Assembly (NCBI GenBank): GCA_937897215.1
Contig: CALCBQ010000049.1
Coordinates: 1-41,112, forward strand
Length of the DNA stretch: 41,112 nt
Source: an uncultured Clostridia bacterium
GTDB taxonomy: Bacteria > Bacillota > Clostridia > Oscillospirales > Acutalibacteraceae
Direction of reading: 5' to 3'
Shown here: piece by piece, positions 1-8,372 of the stretch
Layout of the letters: each line of letters starts with the position of its first letter
Position numbering within the stretch: position 1 is the first letter of the stretch
Notes under the pieces: model-generated
Database searches by the model: none
Told to the model about the DNA's origin: nothing
What the model saw: the letters and a program-made list of their open reading frames with translations, nothing else
Program-made: the position numbers and the translations under genes

Positions 1-84
1 TTCCCGGCTGCCGTCTTCTGGCAGCTCATGTACTGCGGACCCTTCATCCGTTTTCTGTTCCGCAAACTGTTTCCGGAGAAATAA
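1..84 (+). CDS. 3' end of an unidentified (hydrophobic) protein, truncated by window edge
   Basis: Frame 1 is open from base 1 to TAA at 82-84. It translates to FPAAVFWQLMYCGPFIRFLFRKLFPEK. No start is visible and no family is recognisable. Confidence 0.3.
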   Translation, partial: FPAAVFWQLMYCGPFIRFLFRKLFPEK

Positions 85-90
85 GAAAAG

Positions 91-180
91 ATATCCACAA
101 AGGGAACCGTTTTTCCCCTCTCTGTCCACAATTTCTGTGGACAGACGGTGCAAAATGGTTCACCTTCTGTGGATATCTTT
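91..180. repeat. ~90-bp imperfect palindrome between convergent genes, carrying four TGTGGAYA / DnaA-box-like 9-mers
   Basis: Outer arms are AAGATATCCACA (91-102) and TGTGGATATCTT (168-179). Inner arms are CTGTCCACA (122-130) and TGTGGACAG (136-144). The segments between them (GGGAACCGTTTT / AAAATGGTTCACC) are also largely complementary. Confidence 0.7.
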
Positions 181-195
181 TTGTTTTTTCCCGGA

Positions 196-786
196 TTACT
201 CCTGCGGTACCGGATTGGATACGCTGACTACATGATCATACCAGGTTCCTTTTTTACCAATGATCGCAACATTGAAATCCTCGTCCAGTTTTTCTACCGG
301 GATATCAAAGCCGTACACTTCATCTGTGGTTCCGTCAGAATACGTTACCTCATCTGTGGTCGGCTCGATCAGCTCTGCGCCGTCTGCCTGTGCTTCTTCT
401 TTTGTTCCCACAAAGACATTGACAATGTTTTTGGATACCAGGCTGACGTGGATGGTCATTTTTCCGTCTTTTACCGTCAGGACACCCTTTCCTTCTTTTG
501 CTTCATTGACATGGAACATATTGCTGTCTGTATTGAAGTCTGCCGTATACGTACCGTCTTCCAGCTCTGATGCGCTGCTTTCGCCTACAGTCTCCTCTGC
601 CGATGCGCTTTCTGCCGAAACATCTGATGTGGATGTACTGCTCTCTGTCTTAGATGCATCCTGTACAGAAGTGGAAGATACGTCCGCTGCGGAAGACGCA
701 GATGCTGCATCCTTTCCGCCACATGCGCCGAGCATGGATACAGTCAGTGCTGCTCCAAGAAAAAGAACTGCCAATTTTTTTCTCAT
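196..786 (-). CDS. Secreted lipoprotein of unknown function
   Basis: Signal peptide MRKKLAVLFLGAALTVSMLGAC has a lipobox (LGAC), followed by a Ser/Ala/Glu-rich linker and a ~110-aa globular domain. It lies 23 nt downstream of trmFO, with AGGAGG upstream of the ATG. Confidence 0.8.
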   Translation of the reverse strand: MRKKLAVLFLGAALTVSMLGACGGKDAASASSAADVSSTSVQDASKTESSTSTSDVSAESASAEETVGESSASELEDGTYTADFNTDSNMFHVNEAKEGKGVLTVKDGKMTIHVSLVSKNIVNVFVGTKEEAQADGAELIEPTTDEVTYSDGTTDEVYGFDIPVEKLDEDFNVAIIGKKGTWYDHVVSVSNPVPQE

Positions 787-809
787 AATAAATTTCCTCC
801 TTAAATTAA

Positions 810-2129
810 TTATTTTTTATAAAAATCACTTAAAATTTCAATGGAACGCGCGGCGAGAGCCTCATTCTTTGCCTTTTTGCCGCCCTTTACTCGTTTTTCA
901 AGAGGTGGAACGATGCCAAAATTCGCATTCATAGGCTGAAAAGAGCCAACGCCCCCGTTTGCTACGTAGTATCCCATTGCACCAATAACGGTTTCTCTTG
1001 GGAAAATTACTCTGTCTTCGCCCAAAGCTGCTTTGGCCGCATTTATACCAGCCACAATTCCGGAAGCTGCTGACTCAACATATCCCTCAACACCTGTCAT
1101 CTGCCCCGCAAAAAACAGAGTGGGTTCTCTTTTTACCGAGTAGTCAGCGTCAAGTAATCCCGGAGAATTCAAGTACGTATTCCTGTGCATTACGCCGTAT
1201 CTCACAAATTCTGCATTTTCAAGTCCGGGAATCATGGAGAAAACGCGTTTCTGTTCGCCAAACGCAAGATGAGTCTGAAATCCGACAATATTATACAGCG
1301 TTCCTTCAGAATTATCCTGTCTTAACTGGACAATAGCATATGCATCTTTTCCGGTAGAAGGGAGAGGAAGGCCAACAGGCTTCAACGGACCAAATAAAAG
1401 AGTCTCGTATCCGCGTTTTGCCATAACTTCTACAGGCATACATCCCTCAAATACAGTGAGATCTTTTTGACTTTCACGGTCAAAATCCTTGAGTTCTGCC
1501 TCACGTGCACTTATCAGCGCCTGATAAAAAGCATCATACTGCTCTTTGGTCATCGGACAATTGATATACGACGCCTCTCCTTTTCCGTATCTTGAAGCAA
1601 AAAAAGCAACGTCCATATTTATGCTCGAAAACTCAACTATAGGGGCGGCAGCATCAAAGAAATGAAGCTTGGTTGCCCCTATACGCTTGCTGATATTTTC
1701 GGAAAGTGCATCCGACGTCAAAGGGCCGGAAGCGACAACCGTAATTTCGCCTTCCGGAATCTCTGTGACTTCCCCTTCGATAACTTCGATATTCGGATGG
1801 TTTTTGATCTTTTCTGTGATATACGAAGAAAACTCTTCTCTGTCAACGGCAAGTGCGCTGCCGGCAGGTACCTCTGTAGCGTAAGCCGCCTCTATAACAA
1901 GAGAGCCAAGAAGCTTCATTTCTTCTTTCAAAAGTCCAACCGCATTAGAAGTAACGTTTGAACGCAAGGAATTGGAACAAACCAATTCTGCAAAATTTTT
2001 ATTGTGGTGCGCAGGCGAAAACTTTTGCGGCTTCATCTCAAAAAGACGAACATTTACACCAAGGTTTGCAGCAGCAAAGGCTGCTTCGCATCCGGCAAGC
2101 CCCGCACCGATTACATTAATTACTGCCAA
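810..2129 (-). CDS. trmFO: Methylenetetrahydrofolate--tRNA-(uracil-5-)-methyltransferase TrmFO (Gid)
   Basis: N-terminal FAD fold [19 protein letters not shown], 439-aa length, and Gid/TrmFO-type motifs throughout. It sits directly after topA, as in the conserved Firmicute dprA-topA-trmFO block. Confidence 0.95.
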   Translation of the reverse strand: MAVINVIGAGLAGCEAAFAAANLGVNVRLFEMKPQKFSPAHHNKNFAELVCSNSLRSNVTSNAVGLLKEEMKLLGSLVIEAAYATEVPAGSALAVDREEFSSYITEKIKNHPNIEVIEGEVTEIPEGEITVVASGPLTSDALSENISKRIGATKLHFFDAAAPIVEFSSINMDVAFFASRYGKGEASYINCPMTKEQYDAFYQALISAREAELKDFDRESQKDLTVFEGCMPVEVMAKRGYETLLFGPLKPVGLPLPSTGKDAYAIVQLRQDNSEGTLYNIVGFQTHLAFGEQKRVFSMIPGLENAEFVRYGVMHRNTYLNSPGLLDADYSVKREPTLFFAGQMTGVEGYVESAASGIVAGINAAKAALGEDRVIFPRETVIGAMGYYVANGGVGSFQPMNANFGIVPPLEKRVKGGKKAKNEALAARSIEILSDFYKK

Positions 2130-4409
2130 TTAAATCTCCTCTGTCTGAACAAGCGCAGGTGCTTCTGCCTTGTATCCGCAATCCTTTTCGTGGCAGACAT
2201 ACAAGTCCTTGCCTTTTTTACGGAAAAGCATTTTTCCGCAATCCGGACATTTTTCATTGGTAGGCATATCCCATACAGAGAAATTGCATTCGGGATAACG
2301 CTCGCAACTATAGAATACAGTCTTGCTCTTACCCATTTTGGAAACAACCTTTGCTCCGCACTCGGGGCACGCCACGCCTATATCCTTCACACGCTGCTTG
2401 GTGAACTTACATTTAGGATAATTTGCACATGCGTAAAAGCTGCCGTAACGGCCGGTTCTAAGAATCATATCTCCGCCGCACTGCTCGCACTTAAAGTCGG
2501 CAATTACCTGTTTTTTCTCTTTTTGTTCCTCGTTTTCGGGCTTATCAAGAGACTTTGTATTCTTACAGGTGGGATAGTTAGGACAAGCGGCAAAGCGACC
2601 GAAACGTCCGTTCTTTATAACCATCTTGCTTCCGCACTTTTCACAGATAATATCTGTCTCTTCGGCGGGAATTTCTATACTTTCCTTAGAAAGATTCTCA
2701 TCTGCCGCCTCAAGAGCTTTTGCAAAACCAACGTAGAATTCGCCAAGAACGCCTTCCATAGTGCTTTCGCCATTCTCAATACCGTCAAGTTTTGCTTCCA
2801 TCTGCGCGGTAAATGCGTAGTCAACTATATCGGGGAAATTCTCGACCATAAGCTTAGTTGTAACTTCTCCGAGCGTAGTAGGAACAAGAGTTTTTCCTTC
2901 GCGAGTAACGTAATTACGAGCCACTATCGTAGTAATTATAGGAGTATAGGTACTCGGACGGCCAATTCCTTTTTCCTCAAGGAATTTAATAAGCGATGCC
3001 TCTGTAAATCTTGGAGGTGCTTCTGTGAAATGCTGAAGCGGCTCATAGTTCTCGCATACGAGAGTGTCATTCTCGTGAATTACAGGAATTTTTACATTTC
3101 TTATGTTATCGCTGTTTTCGTTCTTGGGAGCTTCATCCAAAGATTCTTCATAAACAGCCATATATCCCTGAAACTTAACAGTGTAACCGCTTGTACGGAA
3201 AGTGTAACCGGCAGCATCAAAGTCAATTGTTTCGGTATCGAACACTGCCGAAGCCATCTGGCTGGCAACAAATCTGTCCCAAATAAGTTTATATAACTTG
3301 TACTGATCAGGTGTAAGATATTTGCGAATGTTAGCAGGCTCAAGTCTTACGTTAGAGGGACGAATAGCTTCGTGCGCATCCTGGGCATTTGACTTTGTTT
3401 TATACACTCTCGGGCGGGTAGGACAGTAGCTTTCGCCGTACTTTTCCGCTATAAGTTCGAGAGCTGCACTCTGTGCATCTGCGGATATGCGGAGCGAGTC
3501 GGTACGCATATAGGTAATGAGACCCTGAACGCCGCCGTTTTCGCTTCCAAGATTAACGCCTTCATACAGTTCCTGAGCAACGCGCATAATTCTCTGCGAC
3601 TGGAATCCGAGCTTGCGCGAAGCCTCCTGCTGCATTGTAGAAGTAGTGAAAGGCGGTGTAGGCTGTTTGGATTTAGCAGCCTTCTTAACGCTGGTGCAAA
3701 TGAATTTTGCTCCGTTGATGTTTGCGAGAACAGCATCAACAGCCTCTTTAGAGCCAAGTTTAATTTTGCTCTTGCCTTTTCCTACAAGCCTTGCCTTAAC
3801 AGACTTATTGTCATTAGTAGCAAGAAGCGTGTCAATTGTCCAGTACTCTTCAGGAACAAATGCGCGGATCTCGGCCTCTCTATCTACAATTATACGCGCA
3901 GCAACAGACTGAACTCTTCCTCCGGAAAGACCGCTCTTGACGCTTTTCCAAAGGAACGGACTGATCTTATAGCCAACAATTCTGTCAAGAATTCTGCGTG
4001 CCTGCTGAGAATTAACGAGTTCTACGTCAATTCCTCTGGGGTGCTTAATGGCATCCTTTATAGCAGTTTTGGTAATCTCGTTAAAAGCAACTCTATAACA
4101 CTTCTCCTCAGGGATTCCAAGGGCTGCCGCAAGATGCCATGAAATAGCTTCTCCCTCACGGTCAGGGTCGGCTGCGAGAATAACTGCTTCCGACTTGTCA
4201 GCAAGTTCTTTTAACTCTTTTACAAGTTTTTCTTTGCCTTTGATAACCATATATTTAGGAGCAAAATCGTTCTTCACATCAACGCTTAACTTAGCCGCAG
4301 GCAAGTCGCGCACATGACCTTTTGAAGAAACTACTTTATAGTCGCTACCAAGGTATTTTTGAATGCTTTTTGCCTTTGATGGAGATTCGACAATAACAAG
4401 TTTTGACAT
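2130..4409 (-). CDS. topA: DNA topoisomerase I
   Basis: TOPRIM start MSKLVIVESPSKAKSIQKYLG, DPDREGE motif, active-site region LITYMRTDS, and four C-terminal Cys4 zinc ribbons (CEKCGSKM...CPNYPTC and similar). Confidence 0.97.
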   Translation of the reverse strand: MSKLVIVESPSKAKSIQKYLGSDYKVVSSKGHVRDLPAAKLSVDVKNDFAPKYMVIKGKEKLVKELKELADKSEAVILAADPDREGEAISWHLAAALGIPEEKCYRVAFNEITKTAIKDAIKHPRGIDVELVNSQQARRILDRIVGYKISPFLWKSVKSGLSGGRVQSVAARIIVDREAEIRAFVPEEYWTIDTLLATNDNKSVKARLVGKGKSKIKLGSKEAVDAVLANINGAKFICTSVKKAAKSKQPTPPFTTSTMQQEASRKLGFQSQRIMRVAQELYEGVNLGSENGGVQGLITYMRTDSLRISADAQSAALELIAEKYGESYCPTRPRVYKTKSNAQDAHEAIRPSNVRLEPANIRKYLTPDQYKLYKLIWDRFVASQMASAVFDTETIDFDAAGYTFRTSGYTVKFQGYMAVYEESLDEAPKNENSDNIRNVKIPVIHENDTLVCENYEPLQHFTEAPPRFTEASLIKFLEEKGIGRPSTYTPIITTIVARNYVTREGKTLVPTTLGEVTTKLMVENFPDIVDYAFTAQMEAKLDGIENGESTMEGVLGEFYVGFAKALEAADENLSKESIEIPAEETDIICEKCGSKMVIKNGRFGRFAACPNYPTCKNTKSLDKPENEEQKEKKQVIADFKCEQCGGDMILRTGRYGSFYACANYPKCKFTKQRVKDIGVACPECGAKVVSKMGKSKTVFYSCERYPECNFSVWDMPTNEKCPDCGKMLFRKKGKDLYVCHEKDCGYKAEAPALVQTEEI

Positions 4410-4441
4410 ATATCATCATCCTAAAATCGTAGATTTTTGTT

Positions 4442-5644
4442 TTAATTTATTTTATATCGTCTGCCACTTAATTGTGTAACAAGACCATAAATTTCAAGTT
4501 CTGTAATTGCAGATAAAATTTTATCTGTTGTAAGATTACACGCTGATGTGATTTCATCAACATGAACAGGCTCTGCACCTAAGAATTCATACACCTTTAA
4601 TGCATTAGCAGTAAGGTATGACGGCGCCGGCTTTTTAACAATGGGTTTAGACTTTTCAACTATCTTTTCAGTTGAGTTTTCTGTGTTTTTCTGCCCATGC
4701 CCAGAGTATTTTTGCATTCGTTTTACAATTTCATCATCAGGAAACCTTTCTATGTTACCCAATTTATCATAAAACTTGTAACAATATTCCTCCAAAATAT
4801 CATTAGGAGAAAATACCGCTTTCGCACCATTTCGTATAAGGTCGTTTGTCCCTAAAAATGATGAGCGGGCTAAATCGCCGGGAATTGCGAAAACATCTCT
4901 GCCTTGTTCCCCTGCTAATCTTGCGGTAATAAGCGAGCCGCTACGCTCCCCTGCCTCAACAATAATCGTACCAAGAGAAAGTCCTGAGATAATACGGTTA
5001 CGAAGAGGAAATGTTGTGCGACTTGCAGGTGTAAATGGTGGAAATTCTGTAACAAGTGCACCATTTTTTGCAACCTGTCTGCGAAGGTCTTCGTTATCCA
5101 TAAGATATTTTGTACCAAGACCGCAACCAAGCACACAAATAGTTTTACCATTTTCGTCAAGAGCACCTCTATGTGCGGCACTATCAATACCTAAAGCACC
5201 GCCTGAAACGATTGTGAATCCCACACTTGCCATTGCTGACGATAATGCGCGTGATACTGTTACTCCATAGTCAGATGCTTGTCTTGCACCAACTAACGAA
5301 ATCGATAATTCATTTGTAAGTACAGTTTCATCGCCATCCACAAACAACACAAGAGGTAAGTCTTGTAGATTGAGCAAATTCTGCGGATAATATTCACTTG
5401 ATGGAGTTACGACTTTCCAACCATTTTGTTTTGAAACTCTTAAAATCTCCTCCGCTTTTTCGATGGGGAAGCTTTTAAGTTTTTCAATTCGTTTTTTAGT
5501 CAATACATTCAACTCGAAAAGTTCGTTAAATGTTGTGCCGTAAATCTCATAAGGATTCCACTCATAATGAGAAACCAAGTCAAGACAAGATGCACCTGCA
5601 CCTAATCCACAGGACAACCAAATCCAATATAAATCGTAGTTCAT
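4442..5644 (-). CDS. dprA: DNA processing protein DprA (Smf)
   Basis: Rossmann-type DprA core (VSGGALGIDSAAHRGAL, GTIIVEAGERSGSLITA) plus a C-terminal winged-helix tail. I prefer the ATG at 5644, which forms an ATGA overlap with the upstream stop, over the GTG at 5659 given in the ORF track. Confidence 0.9.
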   Translation of the reverse strand: MNYDLYWIWLSCGLGAGASCLDLVSHYEWNPYEIYGTTFNELFELNVLTKKRIEKLKSFPIEKAEEILRVSKQNGWKVVTPSSEYYPQNLLNLQDLPLVLFVDGDETVLTNELSISLVGARQASDYGVTVSRALSSAMASVGFTIVSGGALGIDSAAHRGALDENGKTICVLGCGLGTKYLMDNEDLRRQVAKNGALVTEFPPFTPASRTTFPLRNRIISGLSLGTIIVEAGERSGSLITARLAGEQGRDVFAIPGDLARSSFLGTNDLIRNGAKAVFSPNDILEEYCYKFYDKLGNIERFPDDEIVKRMQKYSGHGQKNTENSTEKIVEKSKPIVKKPAPSYLTANALKVYEFLGAEPVHVDEITSACNLTTDKILSAITELEIYGLVTQLSGRRYKIN

Positions 5645-6423
5645 TTTACCAATTCCCACATTGTTATTGATGCGGCAGCGGCGGCATTAAGAGACTCTGC
5701 TCTGCCCTGCATTTTTATTGTGATTTTCTTATCGCACACACCAATAATTTCTTTTGATACACCATTGCCCTCGTTACCGATAACACAAAGCGCACCCATT
5801 GAGAAGTCCGTTTTTGTAATATCATCAGCATCACGGTCAGGCACAGTTGCAAAACTTTGGATACCAACCTTTTTGCAAAGGTCAATTTGTTCTTCAAGAT
5901 TTTTACACACCTTTACAGGCAAGCGGAATAATGCACCCATTGATGCGCGAAGTGCTTTCGGATTGTAAATATCACAACCGCCACAAATAACCATACCGTC
6001 AATACCGAATGCTTCGGCAGTACGGGAAATTGCGCCTAAATTGTCAGGATTCTGAATAGTATCAAGAGCAATATATTTTTTGCCACCTTCATAGTCAAAA
6101 TCATTTGAACGCATTTTCACAGCACACACGACACCCTGTGGAGTTACGGTATCACTAATGCTTTTAAGCACATCTTCACTTACAAAAAAGAAATCACTAC
6201 AAACGCTTTTAAGTTCATTTATACTGTCAGCGTATTTTTCAGCACAAGTTTCAGTGCAGAAAACAGACACAATTTCGCATCCGCTTTTTACTGCATCACA
6301 ACAAAGGCGGACACCTTCAAGAACGAAAAGTCCACTGTTTTTACGGTCTTTAGAAGATGTTAAAAGACCTTTGATTTCTTTAATTTTCGGGTTATTTTTA
6401 GCAGTTATAACAAAATCTTTCAT
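5641..6423 (-). CDS. TrmH/SpoU-family RNA 2'-O-methyltransferase
   Basis: N-terminal substrate-binding domain plus SpoU motifs (LDTIQNPDNLGAISRTAEAFG, VIGNEGNGVS, ESLNAAAAASI). Confidence 0.85.
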   Translation of the reverse strand: MKDFVITAKNNPKIKEIKGLLTSSKDRKNSGLFVLEGVRLCCDAVKSGCEIVSVFCTETCAEKYADSINELKSVCSDFFFVSEDVLKSISDTVTPQGVVCAVKMRSNDFDYEGGKKYIALDTIQNPDNLGAISRTAEAFGIDGMVICGGCDIYNPKALRASMGALFRLPVKVCKNLEEQIDLCKKVGIQSFATVPDRDADDITKTDFSMGALCVIGNEGNGVSKEIIGVCDKKITIKMQGRAESLNAAAAASITMWELVK

Positions 6424-6429
6424 AATTCA

Positions 6430-6472
6430 AAAAACGGAAAAACCACGCGCGAGGGGTTTTCTCGGCGTGGTT
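6430..6472 (-). terminator. Intrinsic terminator after rplT
   Basis: Minus-strand stem AACCACGC...GCGTGGTT (6441-6448 / 6465-6472) followed by TTTCCGTTTTTTG. Confidence 0.7.
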
Positions 6473-6480
6473 AAGTTATA

Positions 6481-6837
6481 TTACTTCAATGCTTCTTTAG
6501 CTTTTTCTGTAAGAGCTGTGAATGCTGCAGGGTCTGCAATAGCAATTTCTGAAAGCATTTTTCTGTTAAGGTCAATACCAGCTTTTTTAAGACCGTTGAT
6601 GAATGTTGAGTAGTTCATACCATTCATTTTGCAAGCAGCTGAAATTCTTGTAATCCAGAGCTTTCTGAAATCACGTTTCTTCTGCTTTCTGCCGATATAT
6701 GCATAGTTACCGCTCTTCATAACTGCCTGTTTTGCAGTTCTGAAAAGTTTGCTCTTTGAGCCATAGTAGCCCTTAGCGAGCTTTAATACTTTATTTCTTC
6801 TTTTGCGAGTCATCATCGCACCTTTAACACGTGCCAT
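6481..6837 (-). CDS. rplT: 50S ribosomal protein L20
   Basis: [39 protein letters not shown] is canonical L20. GGAGGT Shine-Dalgarno upstream. Confidence 0.97.
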   Translation of the reverse strand: MARVKGAMMTRKRRNKVLKLAKGYYGSKSKLFRTAKQAVMKSGNYAYIGRKQKKRDFRKLWITRISAACKMNGMNYSTFINGLKKAGIDLNRKMLSEIAIADPAAFTALTEKAKEALK

Positions 6838-6919
6838 TTCTCTTTACCTCCGATAGATTAGATACGTTTATGTGTTTTCACACTATTATTGTGTTTCCCA
6901 TACCTGTTTATTACGAAGT

Positions 6920-7047
6920 AACAAGGTTCTGGGGTACCCATAGAAATCTTTGATTTCGTTATGGGTCGGGTTCTTATTGTCGCAAGACAACAAGGTTCCG
7001 GGGCACCCGTCCGCATTTTCAATGCGTTGACGGGTCGGGTTCTTATT
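6920..7047 (-). repeat. Two tandem 59-nt structured repeat units (69-nt period) in the rpmI-rplT spacer
   Basis: Unit A is 6989-7047 and unit B is 6920-6978. Shared flanks are AATAAGAACCCG... and ...CCCC(G/A)GAACCTTGTT (minus-strand sense). Each unit holds a two-tier hairpin whose stems differ between units but stay complementary (ACCCGTC/GACGGGT vs ACCCATA/TATGGGT; CGCAT/ATGCG vs GAAATC/GATTTC). Confidence 0.75.
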
Positions 7048-7240
7048 TATAAGGAATAAGACGCTTAATCTGTGCTGTATTTGTCTTATCAGCAACAGCG
7101 TTCTTGCGAAGTCCTCTTTTTCTCTTTGTGCTCTTCTTTGTTAAGATGTGAGACTTGTTAGCGTGTGCTCTGATTGGCTTGCCGTTCTTTGAAAGCTTAA
7201 ATCTTTTTTTAGCTCCGCTATGTGTTTTAATCTTTGGCAT
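7043..7240 (-). CDS. rpmI: 50S ribosomal protein L35
   Basis: [21 protein letters not shown] is canonical L35. 65 aa. Confidence 0.95.
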   Translation of the reverse strand: MPKIKTHSGAKKRFKLSKNGKPIRAHANKSHILTKKSTKRKRGLRKNAVADKTNTAQIKRLIPYK

Positions 7241-7274
7241 AATAATATCCTCCTAATATAATTTACTACCTTAA

Positions 7275-7793
7275 TTATTTCGCATTCTTTGGCGACAAGA
7301 ACATAAGCATTTGACGACCTTCAAGTTTTGCAGGTTTGTCAACATTGCTTACTTCTTCAACAGCAACTGCAAAACGTTCCATAATACCGTTACCTAAATG
7401 AGCGTGAGCCATTTCACGACCTCTGAAACGGATTGAAACCTTAACTTTGTTGCCTGCCTTTAAGAACTTAAGGGCATGATTTACCTTTGTATCAAAGTCA
7501 TGAGTATCAATGTTTACAGAAAGACGAATTTCTTTTGTTTCAATAACTTTCTGATTTTTCTTTGCTTCTTTTTCTTTCTTTGCCTTATCAAAACGATACT
7601 TGCCATAGTCCATAATTTTACAAACCGGTGGCTGAGCGTTAGGGGCAATTTTTACAAGGTCAAGACTGCGTTTTTCTGCTTCTTTAAAAGCATCTTTAGC
7701 AGACATAATTCCAAGTTGTTCACCACTATCTGTGATAACTCTGACCTCTTTGTCGCGGATTTCTTCATTGATTTGCAATTCTTTGGTACTGAT
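7275..7793 (-). CDS. infC: Translation initiation factor IF-3 (probable non-AUG ATC start)
   Basis: ISTKELQINEEIRDKEVRVITDSGEQLGI aligns to IF-3 N-termini. The ORF-track extension to 7850 reads through the leader terminator. AAGAGGTG lies 7 nt upstream of the in-frame ATC at 7791-7793. infC is classically initiated at a non-AUG codon. Confidence 0.9.
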   Translation of the reverse strand: MSTKELQINEEIRDKEVRVITDSGEQLGIMSAKDAFKEAEKRSLDLVKIAPNAQPPVCKIMDYGKYRFDKAKKEKEAKKNQKVIETKEIRLSVNIDTHDFDTKVNHALKFLKAGNKVKVSIRFRGREMAHAHLGNGIMERFAVAVEEVSNVDKPAKLEGRQMLMFLSPKNAK

Positions 7794-7941
7794 AAATAAA
7801 CACCTCTTTAACGAAATTAAAAATGCGGACAGAAATTCTGCCCGCACCATTACAAATCAAACTTTTTAGTAAAGTATTGACCGGTCAACTCTAAGCCGAC
7901 GGGTGAGAACAAAAAACTGTTCTGCTTTATTTTGCTTTGTT
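7794..7941 (-). promoter_or_regulatory. infC-rpmI-rplT 5' leader, L20-leader-like transcription attenuator
   Basis: A ~145-nt leader lies between a consensus promoter and infC. It contains several hairpins (AGAACA-gttttt-TGTTCT; palindrome TTGACCGGTCAA) and ends in an intrinsic terminator. This matches the position and logic of the Firmicute L20-responsive leader. Confidence 0.5.
7815..7846 (-). terminator. Leader (attenuator) terminator upstream of infC
   Basis: Minus-strand UGCGGGCAG-aauuu-CUGUCCGCA (9 bp including one G-U) followed by TTTTTAATTT. It lies between the promoter and the infC Shine-Dalgarno. Confidence 0.65.
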
Positions 7942-7969
7942 ATTATAACACAAATTTCACTGTTGTCAA
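7942..7969 (-). promoter_or_regulatory. Sigma-A type promoter of the infC operon
   Basis: Minus strand reads TTGACA (7964-7969), a 16-nt spacer, then TGtTATAAT (extended -10; -10 at 7942-7947). Confidence 0.6.
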
Positions 7970-7986
7970 CAGTTTTTTGAATTATT

Positions 7987-8268
7987 TTATAGAAATTGCT
8001 CTGCTGAAACCAATGCCTCTGCTGAAATTTTTGTTCCCAAACAAAATCCATCGCAAAAAGATTGCTCACTTATTAAAAGACCATAATCACTGACACAATC
8101 GTAGTATTTTTCTAAAATCTCTTTTTGTTCATCGTTAAGTTTTGATTTTAGATTTTTGTAGTTATCCGACATCAGTTTTTCCATTTTGGCAATTTCAATA
8201 TTATTCATTCCCAAACGCGATACAGGGTCCAAGTTTCCACTCCAAAGCTCAGAAATAGTTTTTGTCAT
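7987..8268 (-). CDS. Small helical hypothetical protein, divergent partner of the XRE regulator
   Basis: 93-aa ORF with no signal peptide and a Cys-containing C-terminal half (YYDCVSDYG...SFCDGFCLG). It is divergently arranged with the HTH gene across a 104-bp AT-rich region. I do not recognise the family with confidence. Confidence 0.55.
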   Translation of the reverse strand: MTKTISELWSGNLDPVSRLGMNNIEIAKMEKLMSDNYKNLKSKLNDEQKEILEKYYDCVSDYGLLISEQSFCDGFCLGTKISAEALVSAEQFL

Positions 8269-8372
8269 AATATCATCTCCAAATAAGCAATTTATAATAT
8301 TATAACACCGTTCGATACTAAAATCAATAGTATCATTTGATATTATGATATTATTTTTTAGGAGATGATTTT

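Noticed and set aside
91-180. Chromosomal replication origin (oriC), based on the DnaA-box-like motifs
   Set aside because: There is no dnaA/dnaN context and no adjacent AT-rich unwinding element. Only four degenerate boxes are present, and they are arranged as arms of one palindrome.
2004-3296. 430-aa plus-strand ORF, along with other long plus-strand ORFs at 148-570, 260-934, 998-1336 and 3613-3912
   Set aside because: They lie entirely antisense to strongly supported genes (topA, trmFO, lipoprotein). Their translations are Cys/Phe/Leu-rich nonsense with no motifs and no Shine-Dalgarno. They are mirror-frame artefacts.
6886-7095. 69-aa minus-strand ORF spanning the rpmI-rplT spacer
   Set aside because: It overlaps the 3' end of rpmI in another frame, and its body is just the two tandem structured repeats. 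It has no ribosome-binding site. I interpret it as non-coding RNA structure.
7866-8069. 67-aa minus-strand ORF upstream of infC, and the N-terminal extension of the infC ORF to 7850
   Set aside because: Both run across the consensus promoter, leader and attenuator hairpin. The extension has no homology to IF-3, whereas the IF-3 alignment starts at the ATC at 7793.
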